Origin: Marinobacterium sp.
Lineage (GTDB): Bacteria > Pseudomonadota > Gammaproteobacteria > Pseudomonadales > Balneatricaceae
Length of the DNA: 64,000 nt
Assembly (NCBI GenBank): GCA_035458585.1
Contig: DATHZN010000083.1
Location: forward strand, 10,944 to 74,943
Reading direction: 5' to 3'
How positions within the stretch are numbered: the stretch's first letter is position 1; each line of letters starts with the position of its first letter. The notes beneath the pieces are model-generated. The model saw only the letters and a list, made by a program, of their open reading frames with translations, was not told the origin of the DNA and made no database searches. Shown here in pieces: positions 47,330 through 57,639 of this stretch. The position numbers were made by a program, and so were the translations under genes.

Positions 47330-49276
47330 ATGAGTTATCAGGTACTGGCGCGTAAGTGGCGTCCACGACGTTTTGTAGAGATGGTAGGACAGGAGCATGT
47401 GCTCAAGGCTCTGGTCAACGCACTGGATGACGATCGTCTGCACCACGCTTATCTGTTTACAGGCACTCGGGGGGTCGGAAAAACCTCCATAGCCCGTCTA
47501 TTCGCCAAGTCACTAAACTGTGAACAAGGGGTGAGTTCAGAACCCTGCGGTAGCTGCTCGGCTTGTAAAGAGATTGCTGAGGGGCGTTTTGTTGATTTGA
47601 TTGAGGTGGACGCTGCCTCTAGGACTAAAGTCGAAGACACACGCGAGCTGCTCGAAAATGTGCAGTATGCGCCAACTCAGGGACGCTACAAAGTCTATCT
47701 GATAGACGAGGTCCATATGCTCTCCGGACACTCTTTTAATGCGCTACTCAAGACGCTGGAAGAGCCGCCACCACACATAAAGTTCCTACTGGCAACGACT
47801 GATCCTCAGAAGCTTCCCATTACGATTCTGTCGCGCTGTCTGCAGTTCAACCTCAAGAATCTCGCCGCGGAGAGAATTGTTGAGCACCTCAGTTTCGTTC
47901 TCAGCGAAGAGCAGATTGAGGCAGAAGAGGCTGCGCTCTGGTTGTTGGCACGGGCGGCAGAGGGTTCGATGCGAGACGCATTAAGCCTGACTGATCAGGC
48001 GATTGCATTTGGTGCAGGCTCTGTACGTGAAGCTGATGTGCGCGCGATGCTCGGGACCATCGATCATCGGATGGTGTTTGAGCTGCTTGATGCTCTGGCA
48101 CAGAGCGACGGTATGCGCATGGTGCAGATTGTTTCGAAGATGGCCGAGTTCGCGCCCGATTACGCGGGTGTCCTCGCAGAGATGATCAGTATCCTGCATC
48201 GTATTGCACTGGCACAGGTTGTTCCGGATGCGATTGATAATGCGTTGGGTGATAAACAACAGGTTGTCGATCTGGCAGTCCGTATGCGAGCAGAAGAGGT
48301 GCAGCTCTACTACCAGATTGCCCTGACAGGTCGTAAAGATTTGGCTATGGTACCGCAGCCGCGAGAGGGGCTGGAGATGACGCTGCTTCGAATGTTGGCA
48401 TTCCGTCCGGCTGACCAGCGGCCGATTGAAAGCGCCTCAACAGCCACTGCGACAGTTACTGAGGCGGCTCCGGTTGAGGCCTCGCCTGCGCCGGTAGCGC
48501 GAGCAGAACCGCCACCACCGGCGACGCCAGTGTCGGCTCCAGCATCACAAGCAGCACTCCCACCCAGAGCATCGGCTGCGAGTGACACGGAGCCACCCCC
48601 TTGGGATGAGGAGCCGGTGCCTGTTGATGCCTACGGAGATCAAGATCTAAAAAAGTCTGAAACCGACACTGCAGAGGCCGCTCCCGCTGCCGCGCGGCCG
48701 TCGGCTAATGCATCTGAGCCAGGAGCCGTTGCAGAGAGATCTCTGTCTGATATGAGTGGGGAGGCTAGCTTAGCAGCAGAGTTGTATGAAACTGCGCTGG
48801 TTGAAGAGGCCGAGCAAACAATTCACACCTCCTCGACTGGTCGCACGGAGGGTTTGGCTCCCGCCCCCGCGACTGAACTTGCGGCCTTACAACTTGACCA
48901 CTGGTTACGTTTGGTTGAGGAGCTTGGGCTTAGCGGCATGACAGAGAGCCTGGCGCGCAACCTGTCTCTGGAGCAGATTGCCGGTAACCGACTGGTGTTG
49001 CACTACACGCAAGAGCAGGAGGCGATGCTCGGTGAGGTCCACCGTGAGCGTATAAGTGACGCGCTGCTAGGATACTTTGCTGAACCGCTGGTGGTTGAGT
49101 TTACGCTGGGGCAGCAACAGCGTGAGACGCCCCAGCTCTATCGTCAGCGCCGTGAACGAGAACGGCGCGCCGCGGCGTTGGCTCATCTGCAGACGGACCC
49201 AGCAGTACAACGGATTGTTGAAACCTTCTCGGCGGAGATCGTAGCTGACTCCGTGGAACCACTGAATATAGAGTAA
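47330..49276 (+). CDS. dnaX: DNA polymerase III subunits tau/gamma
   Basis: MSYQVLARKWRP, GTRGVGKT, DEVHML, SRC; Pro/Ala-rich linker; followed by ybaB-recR. Confidence 0.98.
   Translation: MSYQVLARKWRPRRFVEMVGQEHVLKALVNALDDDRLHHAYLFTGTRGVGKTSIARLFAKSLNCEQGVSSEPCGSCSACKEIAEGRFVDLIEVDAASRTKVEDTRELLENVQYAPTQGRYKVYLIDEVHMLSGHSFNALLKTLEEPPPHIKFLLATTDPQKLPITILSRCLQFNLKNLAAERIVEHLSFVLSEEQIEAEEAALWLLARAAEGSMRDALSLTDQAIAFGAGSVREADVRAMLGTIDHRMVFELLDALAQSDGMRMVQIVSKMAEFAPDYAGVLAEMISILHRIALAQVVPDAIDNALGDKQQVVDLAVRMRAEEVQLYYQIALTGRKDLAMVPQPREGLEMTLLRMLAFRPADQRPIESASTATATVTEAAPVEASPAPVARAEPPPPATPVSAPASQAALPPRASAASDTEPPPWDEEPVPVDAYGDQDLKKSETDTAEAAPAAARPSANASEPGAVAERSLSDMSGEASLAAELYETALVEEAEQTIHTSSTGRTEGLAPAPATELAALQLDHWLRLVEELGLSGMTESLARNLSLEQIAGNRLVLHYTQEQEAMLGEVHRERISDALLGYFAEPLVVEFTLGQQQRETPQLYRQRRERERRAAALAHLQTDPAVQRIVETFSAEIVADSVEPLNIE
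48635..48704 (+). other. Programmed -1 ribosomal frameshift signal in dnaX
   Basis: GGAG (48635-48638), 10 nt, in-frame A AAA AAG (48649-48655), -1 frame GTC TGA, downstream stem CCGAC..GGCCGC/GCGGCC GTCGG. Confidence 0.88.
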
Positions 49277-49285
49277 GGAGATTAG

Positions 49286-49624
49286 ATGTTTAATAAAGGC
49301 GGTATGGGCGGCATGGGTAACATCATGAAGCAGGCCCAGAAAATGCAGGAAGAGATGCAAAAAGCGCAGGAAGAGGTTGCCAAGGCTGAGGTGACGGGCG
49401 AGTCAGGTGCTGGTCTGGTGAGTATAGTGATGAACGGTCGCCACGACGTAAAACGCGTCGCTATCGATGACTCGCTGATGGACGATGACAAAGAGATTCT
49501 CGAAGATCTGATCGCCGCAGCGATTAATGATGCCGTGCGAAAGGTTGAATCCAACACCCAGGAGAAGATGGCAAAGATCACTCAGGGGATGGGTATGCCC
49601 CCTGGCTTCAAGATGCCGTTCTAG
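49286..49624 (+). CDS. ybaB: YbaB/EbfC nucleoid-associated protein
   Basis: [30 protein letters not shown]. Confidence 0.95.
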   Translation: MFNKGGMGGMGNIMKQAQKMQEEMQKAQEEVAKAEVTGESGAGLVSIVMNGRHDVKRVAIDDSLMDDDKEILEDLIAAAINDAVRKVESNTQEKMAKITQGMGMPPGFKMPF

Positions 49625-49627
49625 TTT

Positions 49628-50236
49628 ATGGCGTTGACTCCTAAACTTCAGGCGTTGATAGAAGCTCTGCGGCGCCTGCCCGGCGTTGGCCCCAAAACGG
49701 CTCAGCGTATGGCACTGCACCTGCTGGAGCGCGATCGTGATGCCGCTCTGATGATTAGCCGAGCGCTTGCCGAGGCTGCCGAGGGTATTGGAGAGTGCCA
49801 GCAGTGCCACTCGCTTTCGGAGACTCCTGTGTGTGAAATATGCGAGCATCCAGGGCGCGATCGTGCGCTGCTCTGTGTGCTTGAGTCGCCTATTGACCTG
49901 ATGGCGATCGAGCAGACGGGAGGCTTCTCCGGTCTCTATTTTGTCCTCGGAGGTCATTTGTCACCCATCGATGGCGTAGGGCCGGAGGATCTGGGTATAG
50001 ATCAGCTGCTTGATCGGCTCTATCAGGGTGAGGTGCAGGAGCTGGTGTTGGCAACCAACCCGACGGTTGAGGGTGAGGCAACCGCGCACTATATCGCTGA
50101 GCAACTCCATGATTTAGATATCAAAGTCAGTCGTATCGCCCACGGTGTGCCGGTGGGCGGTGAGTTGGAGTTTGTGGATGGCGGTACCCTGGCACATGCG
50201 CTGGCGGGGCGCCGGCAGTTGGAGCGTGGTCGGTGA
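49628..50236 (+). CDS. recR: Recombination protein RecR
   Basis: [12 protein letters not shown]4 zinc finger, [19 protein letters not shown]. Confidence 0.97.
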   Translation: MALTPKLQALIEALRRLPGVGPKTAQRMALHLLERDRDAALMISRALAEAAEGIGECQQCHSLSETPVCEICEHPGRDRALLCVLESPIDLMAIEQTGGFSGLYFVLGGHLSPIDGVGPEDLGIDQLLDRLYQGEVQELVLATNPTVEGEATAHYIAEQLHDLDIKVSRIAHGVPVGGELEFVDGGTLAHALAGRRQLERGR

Positions 50237-51417
50237 TAGGAATCGAAGATTACAACTATGCAGCGATTCTTGCGTCAGCTGAGGATCCGGTTTGGGTCAA
50301 CGACGACGCTCAACTTGCGCAGCTCTGTCAACACTGGTCTGAGTGCCCGGTAATAGCACTCGATACTGAATTTATTCGCACCAAAACCTACTACCCAATT
50401 CCGGGGCTCATACAGTTGGCAGATCAACAGGGTTGCTTTCTGATTGATCCTCTGGCGATCACAGAATGGGATCCGTTGCGTGAGGTGTTAGTCAATCCAG
50501 ATGTGCTCAAATTGCTCCATGCTCCAAGCGAGGATATTGAGTTATTTCGACACAGTTTTCAGGTGCTTCCCGCTCCACTATTCGATACGCAGATTGCCGC
50601 AGCTTTTGCTGGCTGGGGCCACAGTTGTGGACTGCAAAAGCTTTTGAAACTGGTGCTGGATGTGAATCTGGACAAGGAGGAGACTCGCTCCGATTGGTTG
50701 AAACGCCCATTGAGCTCCCAGCAGGAGCGCTATGCGGCCTTGGACGTGGCACATCTTGTCGAGCTCTATCGACATATCAAACCGAAGCTGGAGGCGAACC
50801 AGCGTGAGTCCTGGGTCCGCGAAGAGACGACTCAACTTGTAGCCAATGTTGCCAGTGCCGATAGTCATATAGACGATTACTATCTGCGCTTCACTCAGCT
50901 TTGGAATCTTCCGTCCCACCGACAAGCAGCACTGCGAGATGTGTGCGCCTGGCGCGAGCGTATTGTTCGCGAGCGGGATCGCACACGTAACTCGGTAATG
51001 TCCAACAACTCACTGGTGGAGGTGTTCAAACGCTGGCCACGCAGTATGAAAGATCTCAGTGAGATTAAGGAGATCCGCGGATCAGTTGTGGGCGAGTATG
51101 GTCATGAGGTCATGCAGATGATTTATGATGCGCGCACATCGGAGAAGATCAACCCACCGGAACTGATTCCACAACCGCTGGATTTTAAATGGCATGCTGT
51201 GGTGAAAAAACTGCGTCATTTTGGCGTGGAGATGGCTGAAAAATTGGGGATACCGCAGGAACTACTGATTCGCAAACGCGATATAGAGATGCTGATTCGC
51301 AGTGCTGACGAGACCGGTGAATTTTCCTTACCTGAGGGCCTTAAAGGGTGGCGCGAGGCAGTGATCGGTCAGCCGTTACTCGCTGAACTAAAACGAATTG
51401 AAGAGGCGAACAAATGA
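50233..51417 (+). CDS. rnd: Ribonuclease D
   Basis: [33 protein letters not shown] region. Confidence 0.93.
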   Translation: MIGIEDYNYAAILASAEDPVWVNDDAQLAQLCQHWSECPVIALDTEFIRTKTYYPIPGLIQLADQQGCFLIDPLAITEWDPLREVLVNPDVLKLLHAPSEDIELFRHSFQVLPAPLFDTQIAAAFAGWGHSCGLQKLLKLVLDVNLDKEETRSDWLKRPLSSQQERYAALDVAHLVELYRHIKPKLEANQRESWVREETTQLVANVASADSHIDDYYLRFTQLWNLPSHRQAALRDVCAWRERIVRERDRTRNSVMSNNSLVEVFKRWPRSMKDLSEIKEIRGSVVGEYGHEVMQMIYDARTSEKINPPELIPQPLDFKWHAVVKKLRHFGVEMAEKLGIPQELLIRKRDIEMLIRSADETGEFSLPEGLKGWREAVIGQPLLAELKRIEEANK

Positions 51418-51701
51418 TCATCTGTTCTATTTACCGCAGTCCTCGTAAAGAAGAGATGTATCTCTACGTGGATAAGAAAGAGGCGATGTCCCGTGTGCCA
51501 GATGCGCTTAAAGAGATGTTTGGTACGCCTGTGCACCTCATGGATATGCCGCTAACCGCTGAACGCAAGCTGGCACGTGCTGACACACAAAAAGTACTAG
51601 ACGGTATACGTGATCAGGGTTTTTACCTGCAGATGCCGCCGCCGAAAGAGGACTACATGCTGGATATACATATAAACCGCCCTGAGTCTGGTGTGCGCTA
51701 A
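51414..51701 (+). CDS. ycgL: YcgL domain protein
   Basis: CSIYRS, YLYV, GFYLQMPP. Confidence 0.9.
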   Translation: MIICSIYRSPRKEEMYLYVDKKEAMSRVPDALKEMFGTPVHLMDMPLTAERKLARADTQKVLDGIRDQGFYLQMPPPKEDYMLDIHINRPESGVR

Positions 51702-52150
51702 TGGCGCAAGAGGTCTTTTGGCGCTCCAAAACATTGGAGCAGATGAGTGAGCCGGAGTGGGAGTCGCTTTGCGATGGCTGTGCGCTCTGTTGCCTGCACA
51801 AGGTAGAGGATGAAGATACGGAGGAGGTGTTTTACACGACAGTTGTCTGTCATCTTCTGGATACCGATACCTGCCGCTGTACAGAGTATACGCGTCGCTC
51901 AGAACTCGTCCCTAACTGTGTAAAATTGCGTCCCAAAGATGTGGCAGAATTTCATTGGTTGCCCGCCAGTTGCTCCTATCGTCTGCTCTACGAGGGGCAC
52001 CAATTACCCCAGTGGCACCCGTTGGTCACTGGCGATCCTCGCTCAGTAATAGATGCGGATGCTTCGGTCTTGAGCTACTACGAAGTCAAAGACAACGAAA
52101 TCTCCGAGGAGGAGTTTATTGACTACATCATAGATCCCGATGAAGGGTGA
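51701..52150 (+). CDS. ycgN: YcgN cysteine-cluster protein
   Basis: EWESLCDGCALCCLHK, WLPASCSYR, WHPL. Confidence 0.92.
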   Translation: MAQEVFWRSKTLEQMSEPEWESLCDGCALCCLHKVEDEDTEEVFYTTVVCHLLDTDTCRCTEYTRRSELVPNCVKLRPKDVAEFHWLPASCSYRLLYEGHQLPQWHPLVTGDPRSVIDADASVLSYYEVKDNEISEEEFIDYIIDPDEG

Positions 52151-52229
52151 TAGTTGGGCATCAGATAACAATTACCTCAAACTCCCTAACTCCAAATCCC
52201 GAGCTCGCAGGCCGCTGCCTCCTTTGGAA

Positions 52230-55200
52230 TCAATGCCTTTGTGGTAGTGCTGATCTTGTTGGCGCGTTGGCAGGCATGAGCACCTCTACTTCCTCCTGCC
52301 ACACAGCGTCCCTGCTGCACAGATCAGTTATTCTCTCAGCGATCGCTCGTGCCATGCTGATCAGTTGATTGATCTCAAATGTTGTCAACGACGCTCGAGG
52401 CTGTTCGTCTATCAGCGCCAATGCACCCACTCGTCTACCCAACACGGTAATCGGTGAGCCGGTGTAGAATCGAATGCTAGCGATCTCGCCACTCGTTAGT
52501 TTGTTTTGGGTAAAGCGCGCGTCCAGTGCAGTATCGCAGACTTCGAATACCCCGTTGCTCTGTACGGTATAGTTACAGATCGCGTCGGTGCGTGGTGTCA
52601 CCTCAAGCTCTGTTCCATCGCGAATAACGAGGTACTGATGATTTGGCGCAAGGACTGTAATCGCACTGGCCTGAACATCAAATATCTCTCTGGCAGCATT
52701 AACGACCGATTGAAGAAAGATATCGTCACGGCAAATATCAACAATATCCAGCATCTCAATTATCTCTTGACGACTGCGTTCGATCATTGAAAGTGAGCGA
52801 CTATTATCCTCAATAAATTTCATGTTACTGCCGAGCAAACTGACGGGTACTGCTCGAGAGTAGTGATAACCCTGATGGTATCTGACCCCGAGCCGCAACA
52901 GCATGTCAGCCTGTTGCACCTCCTCTACGCCCTCAGCGATCAGATCGAAATCTAATTCAATCGCTAGGGTTACGAGTGCGCGAATCAAACTCTGATTGCG
53001 CTTGTTGGTCTCGATATCACGGATAAAGAATTTATCGATCTTTACGATGTCGATCGGGTACTCCGACAGCCGATTGAAATTACTGCCCTCTTTACCAAAG
53101 TCGTCCATGGCAATTTTGAAGCCAGCTTCGCGCAGTGTCTCGAGTTTTGATATGACGGCCGTCTGGTCGGTTCGTTCGTTAATCAGATCCTCCGCCAGCT
53201 CAAGCACAATGGTCCGTTCTTCGGTTAGCGGAGCAAGATCGGTGATCAAATTTTCGATTGCGCCATCAAAGATATCGCTCATGCGAATGTTGTAGGTGAT
53301 GTAGCCATCGATTCCAACTCCGATTCGATCGACAACAGATTTAAACAATCGGTGACGAAAACGACCCTTATCACTGCGGCTGGTGGCTGAATAGTACTCC
53401 TCCAAAAACAGTGCGGGCGATACAATATGTCCATCGCGATTCCAACGCGCTAGCGTCTCAACTCCGCGCAGCTCCAGTCTCTCTGCATCAACGATAGGTT
53501 GAACGTATAGATCGATTTCGTACGCCTGTATCGCCCTTTCTATCTCATCCATGCTGGGTCTGGAGAGGCGTTGTTGTAACCTGAGTTCAAGCAGCTTATT
53601 GGCGTAGCGCGCAGTGCCTCTACCCTCCTGCTTTGCGACCTGCAACGCCTCGTCTGCGATACTGAGGGTCTGCGACAGGCTTCCTACCGGTGTCAATAGG
53701 GCTGAGCCTATGCTAATCGTGCGGTTGATCAACAACCCCTGATGGTTCAGCTTGAAGTTGGCTGCGCACAGAAGCGTCTTCTGGGCCATCAGCTCAAGCG
53801 TTTCCTCATCAATACAGGGGCGCACAATAGCAAACTCTTCACCGCCTAAACGCCCAATAAGGGTATCCTCCCCAAGTGCGCCCCGGATAATGCGAATAAG
53901 GCGTTTTAAGTATAGATCGCCAGCTTTATGACCATAGATGTCATTGACTGATTTGAAATAGTCGATGTCGATCAGGAGGAGCCCATAGTCATGTAGCCGA
54001 GAGCCATCTTTCAATGCTTCCATGAAGCCCAGACGAGACTTGGCGTGGGTCAGGTGATCAGTATAGACCTGCTCCTGAAGTTGACGGTTACGCTCCATAC
54101 TGCCCTTGAGTTCTGTAACGTCTGTTACGATAATCAAGGCCCTGGCACTTTCATCGGTCACTGCAGTCAGCTCTACCGTAGCTATATGTGACAGACCAGA
54201 ATCGTCCAGAAAATGCGTCTCAATCACGCGTGAATCACTGAACTCGTCGTCGGCTAGAACAGCCTCTATATCGTCAAAAAAGTAGATCGATTCCCGCGTA
54301 ATAGAATCGCTTTCGCGGACTAGAGTAGGAAGACAATATGCCTGGAAAGCGCTTGTAAACCATAAAAGCTGACCATTACGATCAATTTGTGCCACCATGG
54401 CCCCTGAGTGCTCTATTGAGTCATTAAGAAGCCGACTCTGTTTTGCCAGCGCTCGCTCCTCGGTGACATCACGCATGATACCGGTGACGTAATGCACCTC
54501 TTTTTGAGTCCAGGCTGACAACATTAGCTCGACCAGTAACTCCTTGCCGTCGGCCCGCATCGCGGGTAGTTCAGCAGGCTTTCTACTGCCAGTCAGACCA
54601 CAGGAGCGACCAGCAAAGTAATTTTTCACTGCAGATTGGTGCGGTGCGATCATTGCCTTTGGCATGAACCTGGTAAAGTCGCCGCCGATCACCTCATCGG
54701 CCGACGCACCAAACATCAGAGTGGCGCCTGTGTTCCAGTGTACGATACGACCGTATTGATCCATAGATACAACGGCATCCTGCATACTCTCGATCATTGA
54801 CTCAAGATGGTCATGTTGCTGTAAAAACTGTCGCTTGAGTGAGAGCCTCTGCAGATGTGATTGGATGCGTACCCGGGTGGTCGTTAGGTCGTAAGGCTTC
54901 TCAATAAAGTCGATCGCGCCCAGTGTAAACGCGCGTTCACGGAAGGCTCGATCGGTGTGCGCGCTGCAAAAAATGATCTCGCAGCCAGGTTGTAATGCTG
55001 CGATCGCCTCAGCCACTTCAAAACCATCTATATCAGGTAATTTGATGTCGATGACGGCGATCTCAAAATCACTGACCCGAGCAAGTTCAACCGCTCTTTT
55101 ACCGGTGGTAGCCGTGGCCAGATCAAAATCCAAATCATCGAAAAGCTGACACAAAAGCTCAAGATTATTGGGCTGGTCGTCAATTAGCAGTATCTGTGGC

Positions 55201-55241
55201 GGAGCCTGAGAAGTGGTCAAATCTGCTGGTAAATCGCTCAT
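52230..55241 (-). CDS. REC-PAS-PAS-GGDEF-EAL-GAF c-di-GMP signalling protein
   Basis: LLIDDQP receiver, PAS, GGEEF, ETLARW and DDFG, C-terminal GAF (IRFYTGSPI..GAL.LID); ATG at 55241 after AGGAG. Confidence 0.9.
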   Translation of the reverse strand: MSDLPADLTTSQAPPQILLIDDQPNNLELLCQLFDDLDFDLATATTGKRAVELARVSDFEIAVIDIKLPDIDGFEVAEAIAALQPGCEIIFCSAHTDRAFRERAFTLGAIDFIEKPYDLTTTRVRIQSHLQRLSLKRQFLQQHDHLESMIESMQDAVVSMDQYGRIVHWNTGATLMFGASADEVIGGDFTRFMPKAMIAPHQSAVKNYFAGRSCGLTGSRKPAELPAMRADGKELLVELMLSAWTQKEVHYVTGIMRDVTEERALAKQSRLLNDSIEHSGAMVAQIDRNGQLLWFTSAFQAYCLPTLVRESDSITRESIYFFDDIEAVLADDEFSDSRVIETHFLDDSGLSHIATVELTAVTDESARALIIVTDVTELKGSMERNRQLQEQVYTDHLTHAKSRLGFMEALKDGSRLHDYGLLLIDIDYFKSVNDIYGHKAGDLYLKRLIRIIRGALGEDTLIGRLGGEEFAIVRPCIDEETLELMAQKTLLCAANFKLNHQGLLINRTISIGSALLTPVGSLSQTLSIADEALQVAKQEGRGTARYANKLLELRLQQRLSRPSMDEIERAIQAYEIDLYVQPIVDAERLELRGVETLARWNRDGHIVSPALFLEEYYSATSRSDKGRFRHRLFKSVVDRIGVGIDGYITYNIRMSDIFDGAIENLITDLAPLTEERTIVLELAEDLINERTDQTAVISKLETLREAGFKIAMDDFGKEGSNFNRLSEYPIDIVKIDKFFIRDIETNKRNQSLIRALVTLAIELDFDLIAEGVEEVQQADMLLRLGVRYHQGYHYSRAVPVSLLGSNMKFIEDNSRSLSMIERSRQEIIEMLDIVDICRDDIFLQSVVNAAREIFDVQASAITVLAPNHQYLVIRDGTELEVTPRTDAICNYTVQSNGVFEVCDTALDARFTQNKLTSGEIASIRFYTGSPITVLGRRVGALALIDEQPRASLTTFEINQLISMARAIAERITDLCSRDAVWQEEVEVLMPANAPTRSALPQRH

Positions 55242-55251
55242 GTACGATCTC

Positions 55252-57600
55252 CTATCCCAACAACAGCAGAATTCTATCGGTATCGTGTTTCTGCAAAGCC
55301 GGCTCAAGCCGTTTGTACAGAGCTTCACTGAACCCTTTATCCTGTGCGCCATTGAGAATACGTTTTATTTTGCTAACCTGTCCGAACTTGGCGGCACTCT
55401 TTATCGCATCGCACAGTGTGCGTTGCTCCTCGTTGAGGAGTTCTGGATCGAGAGTTATCGATATTTCAGGTTGAGCTTGATGAGTGCCTTCTACAACAGC
55501 GTCGTACTCGTATTGGAGGTTCAGCAGCGCCGCGATTACCTCCGTTACCTCGAAGGGATTCAAGGGTTTGGGCAGAAATGCCGCTGCTCCAAGTGCCATG
55601 CTACGTTCACGATCAGCCTCAAAGGCCGAGGCTGATGCCGCGATGATTGGAATAGTGTGTGTTTGAGGGTCTGATCTAAGTTTGTGAATGAGTTCGAAGC
55701 CATCCATGTTAGGCATCACAATATCGGTGATTATCAGGTCATATTGTCCGCTCTGGGCCTGCCTCACCGCCTCTTCTCCGCTGGTGACTGAGGTCACGGT
55801 AAAGCCTGCCCCCTCAAGTAATGTACCCAGGAAGGTCAGGTTTAACGGATTATCATCCACCGTTAGCACAGAAACGGGAGTTTTGGACTTAATACCCGTC
55901 GGTAGGCACGTTTGAGACTCTGATTGAGTAACGCTGATCTCTGTCAGCTTAATCGGTAGCTCGACAGACATTCGTGTACCCTGATTAATTGCTGATTCAA
56001 TCTGAACGCGACCACCCATGAGCTTCACCAACTGGTTGACTATGGCAAGACCCAGTCCAGCGCCATCAGACTTTGCGCTCACCTGCTCAAAAGGAGTAAA
56101 AGCCTTGGCTATCTGTTCTGGCGTCATACCGATGCCCTGATCGCTAACCTGAATCAACAGCTTTGGTTCTGTGGAGTCTATGAACTGAACACTCAGTTCA
56201 ACAGGCTTGCTGGCGCCGTATTTGAATGCGTTTATGACCAGATTTGTCACGATCTGCTTCAGCTTCTCTGGATCAATCAGCGCGCGGGCAGGGAGTTGAT
56301 TCAGTTTCGCATTGAACTCTATGTCATATTTTTGCTGCTCAATGCCGAATATACCGAGGAGATCACGGAAGAGGGCGGGAATGTCGGTATTTCTCTCGTC
56401 CAGTTCAATACGACCTGCTTCGATTTTAGACAGATCGAGAACGCGGTTAATTAGCATCAACAGGTGCTGACCTGAACTCAGAATTACCTCAAGGCTGCTT
56501 TTAGAATCGCTGTCTATACCGCCTTTTGCTAATAGCATTTGGGTATAGCCGATGATGCCATTAAGCGGTGTTCTGAGCTCATGACTCATATTGGCAATGA
56601 ATATACTTTTTGCCTGATTCTTCTCTTCAATAGCCTCCCTCTGAGTTGCAGCGGCGCGCTGCTCCATAAGGCGAGAGCGCCAGACTTGTGCTGTAACGAG
56701 TAGCAAAACGATAAGCGCAATAATGGCAACGTAGTTAATAAAGACTAGCTCTCGCTCAACAAATTTAGCGTCGGTTACCGTCGCAACGTACCAGTCCGCC
56801 TCCTTAATAGGCATGAAGTTGATATAGGCATCCAATCCATCAATGCGCGCTCGAGTCCAGTTGTTCTCGCCGGCGAGCATGCGCGATACTAACTCGCGAA
56901 GGCCGGGATCCGCGTCAGTCGTTAGCGATACAGCCTTCGTGTTGATGTTGCCCATCCTAGTCTCGTCAGGGTGAGCAATAGCGATCCCCTGAGAGTTCAC
57001 TGCAAACGCGTAGCTGTTAGGTCCTCGGTCGAAGTTACTCAACACGCTTTTGATCGTTGAGGTGTCGATCATGCCGCCGAATACACCAATAATGTCACGG
57101 GGTTCGCTATCGGATGAGAATATTGGGCTGGTCACGGCGACAATGTCGGTTCCCAGAGTGCGCGAGACTACCGGGTCTGATGCATATACCTTGCCTGCGA
57201 TTGACGCTTTAAAGTGGGCGCGATCTGACAGGTTTTGTCCGGCTGCAAAGTCGACCTTGGAGTTATAGTAAGTTCCGTCCGGATTAATATGGGCAAAGAT
57301 ATAGAACCAAGGCATCTGCTCATGTTTGGCCTTGAGAAAAGGTCCAGCTTGTGACCAATCCATAGACCTGATGACAGGGGTGTTTGCCAGCGTTGAGATT
57401 TCCGCTTTGCGTAACCCTAGCCAGTTGTCGATCTCGGCTTCGAGTGCTGTGGCGTGAATCTGGTTTGTCGAGATCTGGTCCTTGATCATCTCCTCTTTAA
57501 GCGAGGCAAAGCCAATCCATCCTAGAACTAAAACACCGGTGCAGAGTACGATCAGCGCAAAGCTGAAACGTTGATCGCTGAGTGACATTGAATATCTCAT
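55252..57600 (-). CDS. Cache-domain hybrid sensor histidine kinase
   Basis: TM-dCache (LSDRAHF, SDPVVSR, IAHPD)-TM, SHELRTPLN, NAFKY, DQGIG, GLGL, C-terminal receiver. Confidence 0.92.
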   Translation of the reverse strand: MRYSMSLSDQRFSFALIVLCTGVLVLGWIGFASLKEEMIKDQISTNQIHATALEAEIDNWLGLRKAEISTLANTPVIRSMDWSQAGPFLKAKHEQMPWFYIFAHINPDGTYYNSKVDFAAGQNLSDRAHFKASIAGKVYASDPVVSRTLGTDIVAVTSPIFSSDSEPRDIIGVFGGMIDTSTIKSVLSNFDRGPNSYAFAVNSQGIAIAHPDETRMGNINTKAVSLTTDADPGLRELVSRMLAGENNWTRARIDGLDAYINFMPIKEADWYVATVTDAKFVERELVFINYVAIIALIVLLLVTAQVWRSRLMEQRAAATQREAIEEKNQAKSIFIANMSHELRTPLNGIIGYTQMLLAKGGIDSDSKSSLEVILSSGQHLLMLINRVLDLSKIEAGRIELDERNTDIPALFRDLLGIFGIEQQKYDIEFNAKLNQLPARALIDPEKLKQIVTNLVINAFKYGASKPVELSVQFIDSTEPKLLIQVSDQGIGMTPEQIAKAFTPFEQVSAKSDGAGLGLAIVNQLVKLMGGRVQIESAINQGTRMSVELPIKLTEISVTQSESQTCLPTGIKSKTPVSVLTVDDNPLNLTFLGTLLEGAGFTVTSVTSGEEAVRQAQSGQYDLIITDIVMPNMDGFELIHKLRSDPQTHTIPIIAASASAFEADRERSMALGAAAFLPKPLNPFEVTEVIAALLNLQYEYDAVVEGTHQAQPEISITLDPELLNEEQRTLCDAIKSAAKFGQVSKIKRILNGAQDKGFSEALYKRLEPALQKHDTDRILLLLG

Positions 57601-57639
57601 CTTTTGACTCCCACTATTGGGTATGGTGCATGTTGCTCT

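Noticed and set aside
48430-48630. Pro/Ala-rich stretch in dnaX as an insertion or repeat element
   Set aside because: Ordinary low-complexity tau linker with no nucleotide-level repeat unit
55241-55352. Longer N-terminal extensions in the ORF track (also 5011-5056, 11012-11090, 23493-23598, 29213-29279, 30636-30699)
   Set aside because: They overlap neighbouring genes, promoters or terminators, and better RBS-linked starts lie downstream
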